Origin: Trichoplax sp. H2
Lineage: Eukaryota
Assembly: GCA_003344405.1 (NCBI GenBank)
Contig: NOWV01000116.1
Span: 1 to 64,000, forward strand
DNA: 64,000 nucleotides
Reading direction: 5' to 3'
Shown here: in pieces, positions 17,213-31,276 of the stretch
Layout of the letters: each line of letters begins with the position of its first letter
Numbering within the stretch: the first letter of the stretch is position 1
Notes under the pieces: generated by a model
Told to the model about the DNA's origin: nothing
The model's database searches: none
What the model saw: the letters and a program-made list of their open reading frames with translations, nothing else
Position numbers and translations under genes: made by a program

Positions 17213-19958
17213 CTATTTCTTGTCTAGTTTTGTTCTCATTTTTTCATTTTCTGACTGGATCTTATTTCTCCTGGTTAAGCTATTACCGCCACCACCACAT
17301 GTAACTTCAACATTTATTTTGCGTTCGTTTAATGACGTATGGTGATACTTTAGCGCTTTCTAGTCAGAGATAAAGAAAATTCATGGTATAGACAACCCCT
17401 TTATTTGAATTTCTGTACAATTTCAATCTTATTCAGTAAACTACTTTCTAGTCGTAGATCAGAAATTTTATGTCAAAAGAGTTACAAGATGTAAGCCTAG
17501 TAATATGTCACTTGAAACAGCGTTAGTAATTTTCCATACACTAGCATATTGGAATGTGATCAATACAAGTGTAAATTGGAGGTTGTCCCTTAAGTAGAAA
17601 TTTGCAAGAATTTTAGAATCATTTGGAAATACTATAACTCACCTGGTAATCAGCATATCTGAAGGCTTCAAGAAATGCACATCCTCTTGGACTACCATCC
17701 TTTTTGGTTAACAATCGTACTTGTAAATTATGACCTGAAATTGAAACACAATGAGTGTAAATTGAATGCTCTTGAAATATTTTGTACCTAAAAGATAAAT
17801 GTGCCTTTAGCTACTTTAGCAATGGCTAAAAAATGCCAGGTTGTACCAATTGTATGATTCTATGCATTTTATGAACTGTCATGATAAAGTTCAAATTATT
17901 AATTAATACTTTAGGTCTAGTTCAATCTGACGCTAGTAACTAGCAACCGTCATAGAGATAAAAATGCGTGGTCCAAATGTTACGTTATTATTAACTGTAA
18001 GTCGAAAAATGGTCAAGACATAAGTTTAGGCAAAGATTGTAAGTTACTAAGCACGTTAACAATTACAATCATGAACAATTGATTCTATAAATTATTACTT
18101 CTTATAGTCTCCAAATGTCATCAGAAGATGAGAGAAAATTCAATAAATAACTAGTTGAAATGATTGATCTTACCACATTTTTTAAAATGCTTTAAGATAT
18201 CTTCGTTGGTGGTAGAATAACTTAAATTACCTAGTCAAATACAGGTACAATTAGCATCATTAACACGATTGATATTCTTCCATGACAGTTGGAGAGTGTG
18301 TGATTTCGACTACATGATAGACTGCTGTGGTATATTTCTCGACAGTAGTCAACGAATTCTTACTTAAAGGAAGATGTATCTAATTTTTTAGATGGTATCA
18401 ATAATGGTATAATAATAAGAAATTTTAACATTCGGTTTTGCTGATAACCAAATACAGTAAACTGTACATCGTATATATAATTAAAGAATCACACTAATGC
18501 TCCTGTAGTAAGTAATTCAATGTCGATAACAAGAAATTAATCGATAATAATCGATAATATGAAATTTTAACATTCGGTTTTGCTAATAACCAAATACAGT
18601 ATAGTGTACAGTACTGTACGTCGTGTATATAATTAAAGAATCACACTAATGCTCCTGTAGTAAGTAATTCAATGTCGATAACAAACTGCAGTCAGAAAAA
18701 CATTACGTAATGTTAACCTAAGAAAAGGATAAAACGTTTGGATGATTTATTCTTTAAAGGAGGCTTGATTTCCGCAGCGGCGTTATTTTCGCTGTTCAAA
18801 TTTTGAATGGGATTACTGGATTGACTAGCGTCCTTCTTGGCATGTTTTTTCCACCATCTAACAGATTATACAAAAAACACCTTTGGTTGATGAATACAAC
18901 CTAAGCACTTGATTGATGGTGTCAACTTACAAACATTCACAATAAGTAACTATTGTACGATATACATGTGTGCAATAATTATTTTGACGCCATTAGTCTA
19001 TTTACTTATGAGATGAAGCGATTATGAATTTATAAGCTTTCATCCGTCTTATTGATTGAGAGCAACCATTCTAATGAGTTGTAGAGAAATGAAGTGATAG
19101 CCAATGTGATCGTTGAGTTACAAATTTTATTGTGACATCGCACCAACTTTCTGACAATAATGTAGCAATTTAGATCGAAGGGTTCATCACTAATCATAAA
19201 TAGAGTATAGTACAGGTATAGTAATAGCGCACAACCATCCGTGAAAGGATCCTTTAACCCTTTGATGTGCAATTTCTATTTTAAGTACGCTGTCCCTGCA
19301 TGCAATACGTGTCGATGATGCCGTCAGAAATAGCAGAAACTTGCTAATGCGAGCTCAATTTGTGCTTGTATCGTCAGGTATATCATCGCCCATGAGCAAT
19401 AGTAAGTGTAGTCATGAAGTTCATGTCGATCGTTTTATTCTAATGATTGAAGGAGGTGTGGAAGTGCAAATTCATGCCTTGTATAAGTTGTACCAATGAA
19501 GTTTGCAATGCAACCCTATCCTGAAAGCAAGCAAGACTAGTAGTTTTAGGTATAAAAACTGTAGGAGTTGGATATTACTGTATCAGACCTGGGATCAAGT
19601 CCACTTTGTATATGATACAGTATAAAAAAATGGTTGGCCCGTCTATTCGACTTAATCCAAGTGGAACAGCGGAAAAGTCATGCTGTCATGAAAGTATACA
19701 CTTATCCAACGATTGCTTGTGAACTCTTGCAGGCAAGAAATGACAGCAATACTACATTAGTCTGCTGATGCAAGTCTACAGTGGGTTCTAGAGGCATCAC
19801 TAACAAGCTTAATACATTCCTCTCTGCTATTTCAACTGTGCCCATCTTGTATGATAGCATCCACTGATTTTCTTCCGACATGATACATCAAGAAGAACTT
19901 ACTCCTGCCGGCGTTTCAATCGATTGATGGATGACGCTTGACTTTTGTCGTTGTCCAT
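17213..19958 (-). CDS. Single-RRM nucleolar protein, Nop6-like, 5 exons
   Basis: Exons 19903-19958, ~18718-18858, ~18174-18230, ~17643-17734 and 17213-17360 splice in phase. Product: MDNDKSQ..KRFILFLGNLSYSTTNEDILKHFKKC..VRLLTKKDGSPRGCAFLE..KALKYHHTSLNERKINVEVTCGGGNSLTRRNKIQSENEKM..KK*, with clear RNP2 and RNP1 motifs. Confidence 0.82.
18419..18683. repeat. Intronic direct duplication (~115-120 bp x2)
   Basis: GAAATTTTAACATTCGGTTTTGCT..AAGAATCACACTAATGCTCCTGTAGTAAGTAATTCAATGTCGATAACAA occurs at ~18419-18531 and ~18561-18683. Confidence 0.85.
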
Positions 19959-20039
19959 GGCATTGAATCAAGTTGGTTGACATGCAGCTTTTGCTTTCAG
20001 CGTCGACGGACTTCACCTGCGACAAGTGATACGCCGTTA

Positions 20040-20540
20040 TGTACAGTACAGCACTACAAATTGACGTAATACTGTACACTGTACTCTTCGTGCCATGGTC
20101 CGGACCGGACCGGACCATCAAGACCTCAAGTGTTCAGTAGTCTGGACCAGACCGAACCATCAAGACCTCAAGTGTACTGTACAGTGTACAGTACATACTT
20201 TACAGTATACTGCATTACAAATTTACGTACTGTACACTGTACAGTTCGTGCATGGGTCCGGACCAGACCGGACCGGCAAGACCTCAAGTGTACAGTACAG
20301 TACACTGTACAGTACAGTACTGCACTACAAATTTACGAACAGTACAGTACACTGTACTGTATACTGTACTGTACACCACTGTACTGTAGACTCTTCGTGC
20401 GTGGGTCCGGATCGGACCGGACTGGACCGGACTATCAAGACCTCAAGTGTACAGTACACACTGTACAGTGTACAGTACAGTAGACTGTGTTGTAGATTGT
20501 TGACTCTACTGGACTGCTGCAGCCCCTACAGTACTACACT
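20040..20540. repeat. Compound repeat of GGACC(GGACC)..CAAGACCTCAAGTGT units interleaved with TACAGT/ACTGTA runs
   Basis: CAAGACCTCAAGTGT occurs 4 times, each preceded by GGACC pentamers, in a ~150-bp higher-order unit between the divergent RRM and KLHL18 genes. Confidence 0.88.
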
Positions 20541-22799
20541 TTGACATGTTGACTAATTCCTTAAATTTGGGGATGGCAAAGGATGTCCATATAAAAAAAA
20601 AAATGGACAGATATATCGAAAATAATTGCTGTGTGCTGTAACTATTCTTAGTGCACATTCAGTGTACAGCAGTGTACGTACAGTCCACGACTGCTTCGTC
20701 ACAGTCCAAAATACTGCCATTCAAAATGCCCAATGGCGGTCCCATCGGACGGACAGATCCACGACATACTGCAGGACGATTAAAGGTATCTCTTTAAAGG
20801 TAGGGTTCAACTCCAACAAAAGAATTTTGGCCCAATCCATTATCCCCCACCTTGAATTAAATGGATTGATTTTTTCATACATTTACTTCATTTTGCCTTT
20901 CATTTCTTTCCACTTTAGCAGTAATGACAGCGGATTCCCATCGATTGTAACACCGTAATCGAATTCAATGCGATTGAAATCAAATCCTTGATTTTTCCTG
21001 CGATTGATCCAAATTGGCAATATTGATGTCGAGTTGGTGATCAGCGAAGGTCATCAACGCCTCAGGTATGGATTAATTATAAATACAATTCATCATCATC
21101 CAGACAGAAATGGCGATGCCGTAGTGAGAGGATAGTGTAGCTTCTTTCATCCTCTTAGTAAAGAATCATATTATAGATAAATTGTCTTATTTTCTCGTCT
21201 ACTTTGATGGCTTGTGTATAGTACAGGAAGTTGAATGTCTGGCTGTCAAGTAGGAGATTTTATCATCACCGTGTGTTAATGTGTGTGTGTGTCTTTTTCC
21301 ATTTCTATCCTTCCAGTAATCGTTATAACTTGATCTACTATAGCATACTATAGTGTGAATACTAGTCGTCATAAAAGTGGCGACATGAGAAATAGAGACT
21401 ACAGTGGGTAAGACTTTTTGCTTTGTTTATTTCAGGACTTGCTATCTAATGGTCATATTCCACTCATCGCGCAGTTAGAATGGATGACTGATGATCCTAC
21501 CGAGTTACTCAAGGTAAGGCATCCTGCTACAGTGGGATGACTGTTTTGTTTTCTAATAATGAATGATACTCGTAGTAACTGAACTGAACTACCATAGTCT
21601 TTCAATCTTGATGAACGTAGAAGAAAGCGAAATAGTGCTTACTCTTGAATTAAACACCGCCACTATACGTAGTTCCAATTGCAGATTTGGTCATCAATGG
21701 CAATACTAGACGTGTAGTGGTTCATTTGAGTGTAGCAATGGACATTAATCTATATATAGCAAAACCATCAGATAGATTCTTTCTCTTGAAATAAATAAAA
21801 CCCGTTACTACGCTAATTTCTAAGTACACTTGATAATGCAAATATTATGTTGGTAGTGATCAATTTGAACACACAATTCGACCTGAAACTATAACATAAT
21901 TAGGAAGTATTGTAGTTTATTTCTCTAGAAATAAACTTCCTCATTATATCAATTTCCAAGTGCAGCCTTGATAATGGAAATACTATTCGTGTCTTAGTCA
22001 ATTTGAGTACTGTACTATACATAATTCGATATTAAGATATCAAAAATGACTATCAAATCGATTATTTTCCTAGGAGTAAGCTCTGTCGTTATACTGAGTT
22101 CCAAGCATAGCCTTGATAATAAAAATGCTATACGCAAATTGGTTAATTTTTGTATACGATGATTCGATAGGAACGTATTCAAAGACTATCAAATAGATTA
22201 CTGTCGATTACATAACACAGAATAGACAAATCATGAATAGGAAAAGCTTCGAAATACACTACTATTACTACTGTCACTACTACTACTTCTCGTACAAACC
22301 CGTGTGGTAACTCCAAAGCTATAATATGATAAATAAAAGATGAAATCCTGTACCCTTGATCTATGGATTGCTAGCCTAATTCAAACATTTCAACATGGTA
22401 TTGCGATTAAAGAAATAAGAGTGATTTTATGCTAGTTCATTTAAATCAACATGATCATTAGTGATCATTAGATCATTACCATTCGATTATAATGTGCTCC
22501 ATGAGTAAAGCATCCCTTAATTGTATATCATACTTGAATAAGAAATAAAATGTCAATCAATGAATAAAGTTTGTACGCGTTATACCTAATTGTTAATTTG
22601 CAATAGGTTTGGTAGTACGAGTATATGAGTAGTGCAATACTACATTGCAATTGGTATAAATTCATATTGCAATTTTTTACACTAGAAATTGACAGCTCGC
22701 ACTTCTTCAACACTGCAGCAGCGTTCACTATAAACTGCCGTGTTTTCCTATCGGATATACCAATTCAAGAGTCATATCTTAAACTATATATTAAACAAT

Positions 22800-25287
22800 A
22801 TGGACAAGGAAGAACAACACTGGATTATTCGCAGCTCAACATCGTACAACGAATCTTTCGGAGTGTTTTCAAGCCTGCGCCAAAGTGGAGTTTTATGTGA
22901 TGTTATTATTGTGGTGGAAAATAGTAAAATACCTGCGCATCGATTAGTTTTAGCTTCTTACAGTCCATACTTTTATAGTATGTTTACCAGTAATATGATT
23001 GAAGCAACTCAACAAGAAATCACCATTGGCAATATTGATGCTACAGCCGCTGAAAAATTGATCGAATTTGCATACGGTGGCCAAATCTACTTACATAAAA
23101 ATAATGTACAATCACTATTCACAGCCTCTGATCTATTGCAAATTGATTTAGTTAAAGAAGCTTGTCGTAATTTTATCATCAAACAAATGGATGCCAGTAA
23201 TTGCTTAGGTATACGTGCCTTTGCTGATACATATTCATCTGAAGAATTAGTTTTATCTGCTAATCAATTTATCAATCGTAGCTTTGCTGAAGTATCTCAT
23301 AGCGACGAGTATTTATCACTATCGGTCAAACAAGTACAAGAATTATTATTGCGTGATCAATTAAACGTAGCCAGTGAAGAATTAATTTTCGAAGCATTAA
23401 TAGCATGGACACGCTATCGACTTGCTGAAAGGAAGCAGTACTTCAGTTATTTACTAAAGTTTGTACGACTACCACTACTGTCACCACAATATCTGGCGGA
23501 AAAAGTGGCTAATGTTGACCTTATTCGAAAAAATATTGAATGTCGTGATTTAGTAGATGAAGCCAAAGATGCTTACTTAATACCTAGTAAACGTTTATCA
23601 ATTGAATCATATAAAATCAAGCCTAGATGCTTTACGGAAGAGTTAGGTTATATGTATGCTGTGGGTGGGTTAGCAGCGAACGGCAATTCCGTCAATGCTG
23701 TCGAATATTACGATAATGTCCGTGACGAATGGTTTCCAGCACCATCACTACAGAGTATGAGAAGTAGGTTAGGAGTAACGGCTTTATGCAATTGCATTTA
23801 TGCTATTGGTGGTGTCGACGGCACTGAACGTTTAAGTACCGTTGAAAGATTAGATATCTCTCATCAACAAGCTTCATGGGAATATCAAACGTCAATGCGA
23901 GTGCATAGAAGTGCTTTAGGTGCTGTCAATATTCAAGGCAGTATTTATGCAGTTGGTGGCTATGATGGCACAGCATCATTGAATAGGTACTTAAATTATT
24001 TGAAAAATTTCTTGTAACGTCTATCGCTATGCAGTCGATCGTATCAAGACAGAACTTGAAATATCATTCTAGAAATGCAATCCTTGTTGTGATCATTACT
24101 ATTTCTTTGAACGCCTACGATAGCATATTAGTTGTAATCAATTGCAAAAGGATACTAAAGACAGTAGTATATAAGACCTGCTACGTAAAGAAAAAGAATA
24201 TATGCTATATTTATAGCAATGCTTAGAAATACTTTAATAATAAACAGTGGCGCCGTCTAGAGAATGCCATCGATGAATTTTAGATTATACCGCAGCAAAA
24301 AGTAGTTTAATTAGATTACTTATTGCTTTGTAATTATTTGAAGGTTATCATAATCAGATTAAAATTGAATGAAGCATTAGTCTGGCAAGAGAATGAGATC
24401 GACAGGAATTAAATAGCTTTTGTCTACAATTTTTTCATAAAGTTCATGTTACCGTAATTTAATTAACATGTTAATGTGATTCTTGAACCGTAGATTGGTC
24501 GTTAAATTTAATTAACATTGCTACTGAATTAGACAGTAAATGAGTACGCAAAGCATTCATTTAGTCATCACCTAATATATCTTTCTGTTGTTATCGTCTT
24601 CAATCAAACTAGTGTTGAGCGATACGAATTTGGTAAAGATACGTGGAATTACGTTGCTCCAATGACAACATGTAGAAGCGCTGCAGGAGTAGCTTCTTTA
24701 GGAGGTCGAATTTATGCTCTTGGTGGCCATGACGGATTATCAATATTTAATACGGTCGAATTTTTTGATTTACGGGAAGCTTATTGGCGTCATATGGTGC
24801 CAATGGCCACTAAAAGGTTGAAACTACGTAGACAGCACTGCCCATTAATTTTAGCCAAATCATACCAAAATTCCTTGCATTAAAACTGTGAAAGTATACT
24901 AGTAGTTAAAAGATAAGATCTAGCAGTATCTTTAACTTAAGGGATGTATTTTTCTATTTTCATAGGTGCAGACATGGCGTCGCTACTCTAGAAAATAAGA
25001 TATACGTTTGCGGAGGTTATGACGGTAGATCTTTTCTAAACACCGTGGAGTGCTTTGATCCTATCGCTGACAAATGGACTTTTGTAGCTCCTATGTCAAT
25101 AAGAAGAAGCAGAGTAGCTATGGTAGCATTAGGTGGCGTACTATTTGTTGTTGGAGGATATAATGGATTTTGCAACTTAAGAAGCGTGGAATGTTATGAT
25201 CCTAAGACCAATAAGTGGTCATATGTTAGTGATATGTCACAGCATGAAGGTGGCGTTGGAATTGTAGCTACTCCTCGTTTTCATTAG
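22800..25287 (+). CDS. KLHL18: Kelch-like protein 18 (BTB-BACK-6xKelch Cul3 adaptor)
   Basis: Exons 22800-23986, 24613-24816, 24966-25287. [33 protein letters not shown] domain, [10 protein letters not shown]. Kelch repeats include [23 protein letters not shown] and terminal [10 protein letters not shown], as in KLHL18. The start is placed at the first ATG (MDKEEQ). Confidence 0.9.
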
Positions 25288-27138
25288 TGTTCAAAGATTT
25301 CGCTGGGAGTTGACACATTTCTCTCTTTCTACAAATTGTACGCAAGATATTATTTTAGGCTTGTGCAATTTTCTTTTTATTTTCAATATTTAATATAAAT
25401 ATCGGTAAAACACTAATTCATTTTATCTCCCCTTTGCATCTTATTCTGTAATTCTGATCTGATAAACGCTGCATCCTAAACAGTGATAATAGTGTAACTG
25501 TTCAGTATTGCAAAGCTCACTATTAAGCAGTATATAGATTACATTTACTTAGCACTATTATTTCCGTTAACCGTTTATACATGTGACGAAAACTTACTTT
25601 TGTTGGCATGTGAATATTTCATTGTAAAGAAAATCGTCGTTACACTTTCATGTATTATCGAACATTTAGAATAGACATCTTATTGAGTAAACTGAAGGAA
25701 TATTTAACTTTTAAATCATCAATCTGCTATCAGTAGATATTCATCGAGACTTGCATAGTAATGTTATACGCCATGGAAATATTGCGATGTTTAGATCTTT
25801 AATTTATCCTACAGTTTCAGTATCAGATACTTTCATAAGATGTTAAATTCTATGTCATCTTTGCCATTCACTTGTCTGGTGAGCTATCTGTGCTTATAAG
25901 TTTGGAAACTATATCCTTTCACAACAATTTTCTCAGAGCATTGTCGTTTCTATATGCGATGGTTTCAGAATGCTAAGCTTTATAAAGACTGTTCAATATC
26001 TTACAAAATTTCCTACCCAAGATTTATAAGATATTCCAGTCTTAAGTTATTATTTATGCGATTATATACTATCATCGAAATCGAGTACCTTGAGATATTT
26101 AGCATATATTAATATTTACTTTCAAAATTATTTATTGACCTTCTTGTTAATCTTCACAGTGTTTATTTCATTCAAAGTTGTAACATACTATTCAGATTAC
26201 TGTAGCAATCTTCGGTGAATATAAATATTGAATTGCTTATGTACTACTTACAGTTAATTTGAAATTATATCACTATAAGAATAATCGTAAGCTAATAATT
26301 TAGTTTAAATATACAATTAATCATAAGTACTTCAAGCTTTGGAAGTCTATAGATTCTACTGAGCATTAAGTAATATACCCTTTTAACTGTTATACTGTAT
26401 GGAACCGATACATGATTGTAAATCACTTCACATTTAACAATAAATCCGACGATCAATACTAGATAAAGTCATTTTAAAAGCTAGTAATGATGCCTTTGGT
26501 TAATCCAGTAATGAAAACTTGAACTAGTCGATGCTTGTTTCTATTCGAAATTCAATTACCAGAAACAGATTGATTAACTGTAGTAAAGCATTACATCCAT
26601 CTAAGCAGTGTGCAGTAATCTTGATAACTATGCAATTAACCTGAATTTATTTTATTATAGATATCAGCTCTAGTACACACTGTCTGAAAGAAGTAGAAAT
26701 TCAAGTTACTAATGCCAGTTATTGAATATAATATAATTAAGATATTATCAAATCGTAAAAGTGCAGTGATGGAGTAAATATGAATAGTAATCTTGCAATA
26801 CTTTAAATAAATATGTGCGAATGCCACAAAAAGCGACCAAATATCGTTCCTATTGATAATAATGTAAATGATAGTTTAGACTGTATTATGTATTAAGCAC
26901 TTCGGTAATTGATACGCATTAATATTATTTTATCCATGATCACAATCAATCGAAGGCACAACTTTAGTTGCTAAAAATCCATCTTATCGTTAATCTAAAA
27001 TTAGACAATAATAGCTTATGTATCATATACGCATATTTCTCTTTACGCTCCATCACAGTAAGTGGAGAATCAAAGGCGATGCAATCACTGCATGCATTTC
27101 TGCAATGGTATTATTAATAGCGGTAAATCACTTGGACA

Positions 27139-30100
27139 CTAACTACTGTTACCAAAAATGCTTAAAAGGAAGATAAATATATATATAATGTCAGTATATA
27201 AAGTCAGAGCTCCGAAAATGTATTCCTCTGGATCGAGTTCGTAACGTCTACCACCCATAATGAGTTGTGTATCATAGGCAAGGAACTATTACGAAGCAAA
27301 TTGATCTCATTATTAATTGTTCTAACTTTATAATCTTTAAGTTTTTGCAACTGTAAACATTATCCGAACTTACAAGAGTAAATATCAACGCTCCAAGGCT
27401 TGCGTAGATTAAATAAACAACCTAGTAGTAAAGGAGCATTAAGATATGTATCCTTTCTATAGTATGAACTAATGGAAAGGTACAGACTATATATATACTT
27501 ACTCGGCTCCACATAAATATCATAAAGAAGCCAAATGTAAACAAAACCATACACAGGCAGAACAACAATCCATTCATCAACGTTAGATCCAGCTGTTAAA
27601 AAAAATCTACGGTTAGCTATGATTTCGAACTTTAGTGAAGTACGATACCAGAAATTTTAAAGCAGCTAAAAGAACCTTTGTCTGACAAGAGAATAATGTT
27701 ACTCCCAAAGTGACGATCTAATAAAACAAAGAAATTAGCGGTCAGTTGTTAAGGCTGAATACTTCGTCTAGTAACTTTGTTTAAAGAATACAATGTTTTA
27801 ACTTATAGGGCCCCTAAAGAAGACACATAGTTCTCTAAACAGTCAATAGAATGCATACGATAAAGGTATTTACTTTTGTAGTATGGTAAACGAAGGTGTA
27901 AAGTCGTTACATATCAAATTTATCCAACAGGTTTTGAAGAAGTTACTTAATCATAGTGAATTAATACTTACGCCAGTAATTCCCAAGGCGATTAGTACTG
28001 TATCAATGGAATAACGGCTACCGGTTTGAGTGGCAGATAATTTTCATATTGTTAATTAATTTTACATACAAAAATGAAATATAAGAATTAGTACAAGCTT
28101 ATCCCTTTTATTATGACCTATAGAACTTGGTGCAATCTATACAGCATTGCAGCCGATCAAAGAGAATTGTAGGTTATATTGTATCTGAGGCATTAGTCTA
28201 ACAATATTTACCAGCTGATAACTCCAACCAAATATGATAACGCCAACGTCTACATATAAAACGTAACATTAATAAGCCAATCGCACACACGAATCTTGTT
28301 TGACTTATCTTAAAATTATCTGTAAAAGTATCTGTATTTATGAATTACTTGAAGAGTCCTTTAATCTAAGTAAGCAATGATTCACACTTACAAAAATACT
28401 CAACGTAATATAATTATACGGAACTTTTCGTCTATATTCAAAATAAGGCGGATAAAATCACTTAGTATAAGGATTTAATGATAGTTAAACCAGTTACTGT
28501 TATGAGAGCATCAGGTGTATAGCTAATTCTAATTTTAGTGAATGGTATAAACTCATCTAACTGGTAATTGTATGCCATAGATACGGTTGATTATATATAT
28601 GCATAATTATTGACACATAAGCAAAGTTAGTAAATTACACGTTAGAAATAAACATATCGCGGATTCATAGTCGCTTACCTTAAAGAAGGAACACATGTCA
28701 TGGCCAAGAACGCAATCAGGAAAATAACTCTGATGGTCAATCATAGAACATTTGGCTATCAGAACGTGTTGATTATTCAAGTATGATTATATTATTTACT
28801 AGTTTCAATATGTTCTCATCAATAATATTTATAGTTTAATACTTACAGGCACGAAATATACATAGGAAGACTGGCTCTAACAAATTCTTTGACGCCCGGT
28901 CTATTTTTTTAAATAGATGCAGTAAATTCGGTATAATATCAAAAAATTATAACAGCATCATTATATTAGAAATGACTGCAGTGTGCAGTTCGATGATTCA
29001 TGTTTGTATTAATTTGATATTCATCTATTGGTTACATTCGAACAGTTTGTATAGTAGCATTCCAATACAGTATAAGACTTTTGCGATAGATATAGGAAAT
29101 ATTGCAATCAACATTAAGACTTGAAATAACTTGCTGCTTGCATATATATGGCTATGAAAATTATCTAAGTCTTTTTAAACAAGGTGCCTACTTACACAAA
29201 AAGCATAATAGCGACTATGCCAATTGTGACCGCTAACTGGATAGTCAGTATCAAATAAACCTAGCGAAAGGTTACATAATTCATATTTCATTACGATTGC
29301 CACATCGATTTAACTATTATTAAATACATGATGATTGCATCACCTAGATCAACTTACCTTTCTAATGAAGGCTGGAGAAGATATCGGTTATGAAATAGAA
29401 AAAATAAAAATTGAGAAAGTGACTTATTTGTCGTATAAAGTTGAATTTTACACTTATTAATTAATCTTACATGGGCATTTCTTTAAGTCTATACTCAAGA
29501 TTGCACCAAGTATTAGCTTAAGTAACAAAACTAATCTACTGTTAGCAAGATATTTGAGTACAACACTCTTATTTCCTTCGACAAAATTGCAGACAGATAC
29601 AAGGCAATTGCTCGCATATTGTCTTTATTAATGGAATTAATCTGTCGTTTGCAAGATATTCGAGTACGACACCCTTATTTCTTGGACAAAGTTGCAGACA
29701 GATACATGGTCCTTACTTGGATATTGCCGATTTCATTGATGGCTAAAAATGCAGTCGATAAATGTAATGCATTTTACGTTAAAGTTTGGATGCCTTTAGA
29801 CTGTCGATTAAATGTATTAGTCGATAATGCCTGTTGGCTATTCTTGACTGCGTTGATCAGGAACTACGTATACATGTCTATCCATTACCGGCAATGAAAC
29901 CCATGATTGCTACTAAAAGTATTCCGTATAAATCCATTCTAATGTGATTCATTAACTGTCCTATTATTTTCCTATTTAGCAGATCGCAATAGCCTCCTAT
30001 CTATAGTAAACTATCTTGCTAGTTAATAATTGATTGATATTAATTAATTAAAATTCTTTTAGTAGGTTTTAGAAGGATAAGCATGTTACAACAGTACAGT

Positions 30101-31276
30101 ATTCATCATTACCATACAGGTAAAGTGAACAAATTTTAATGGAATGTAATTCAATACTGGTCAAACTCATTTTGCTTGTCTAGTAAGTTAGCTTTTAGAA
30201 ATGTCTATAAGGCGTCCATCCACATGTATTACTGTACTACTCCATGAAGATTATCCTTCTCTATATGTATAAATTCATAAACGTACGCTCGTATACATAG
30301 TTCTCTATAATTAACGCATACCTTGTGCATACTTTAAATAAAAATAAATTGATTTCCATCATTAAAATAGATATAGCGCACAGTCACGTCAGTACAAACA
30401 AACCGAAACTGAACTATCGATTAGGCATCTTTCTCAATGCATCTACTGTACTGTACTACTCCATTGATTAATTAACGCTTCCCCTATGTATACTGTAAAT
30501 TATAAATTGATTTCAATTAGTAAAATAGATACTCTCCAAGTACGGTGAGTCTGTTACGCCAACAAAGTGAAACTATTTGTGCTCGATATCGATACTAGCA
30601 TCCACAGAATATGGAAGAGTACTGTAGAAGAGTAGATTTATTCTAATGAGTGCTATAGTAATTGAAGAGAGAGAAATGCAGTGTTTGTCGACCTTGTTTT
30701 CACCTAAGTAGTTCTTGACATGGAAACATTGTATATGTAGCAACTTTTGTTGTCTTGATATTACACGTTATTTAGCATTGAAAGGCATTCTACTCGACTG
30801 GATTTTTTTTTAGTGTGTATCGACACTATTTACACTTTAGGATAGCACTATGTACGGTGTAAAACATCTAGTCGAGTAAAATGATAGGCAATATCGTATT
30901 ACAAGATATCATCAGCATAAGATAGATTAATCAGGTCTAGCTAGAAGGAGAACAGTGTTGAAAACAAAGATCAAAGTACGTGCATTGTAGTCAATGGGCA
31001 CGAAAACTGACCACGACGGATAGATTTCTGGCTAAAATTTTCAGCGTAGTAGGAGTCAGCAGTATATAACGGAGGTAATGCTGAAGCTCTTTGATAACTT
31101 GGTGGAGGCTCTGTTGGCATATTTGAAGTTGGTTGTCCGCTATAATATTGTTGCTGTTGTGGTGGAGGAACTGGAGGATATTGACTCTGACTTTGGTATC
31201 CCTCCATGGCTGGAGGGGCACTAGCAGATGATCCACCAGGTGCAGGTGTAGGATAACCGCTTTTCTCCGCCGACAT
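27139..31276 (-). CDS. Protein lifeguard / TMBIM (Bax inhibitor-1 family; GRINA/FAIM2-like), ~12 small exons
   Basis: Pro-rich N-terminus with PPSY/PPLY motifs, then [119 protein letters not shown]. Stop at 27139-27141. Confidence 0.92.
30786..30883. repeat. Short inverted repeat (possible tiny MITE) in Lifeguard intron 1
   Basis: CATTCTACTCGACTGGAT and ATCTAGTCGAGTAAAATG form 18-bp imperfect inverted arms around a ~60-bp spacer. No clear TSD. Confidence 0.4.
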
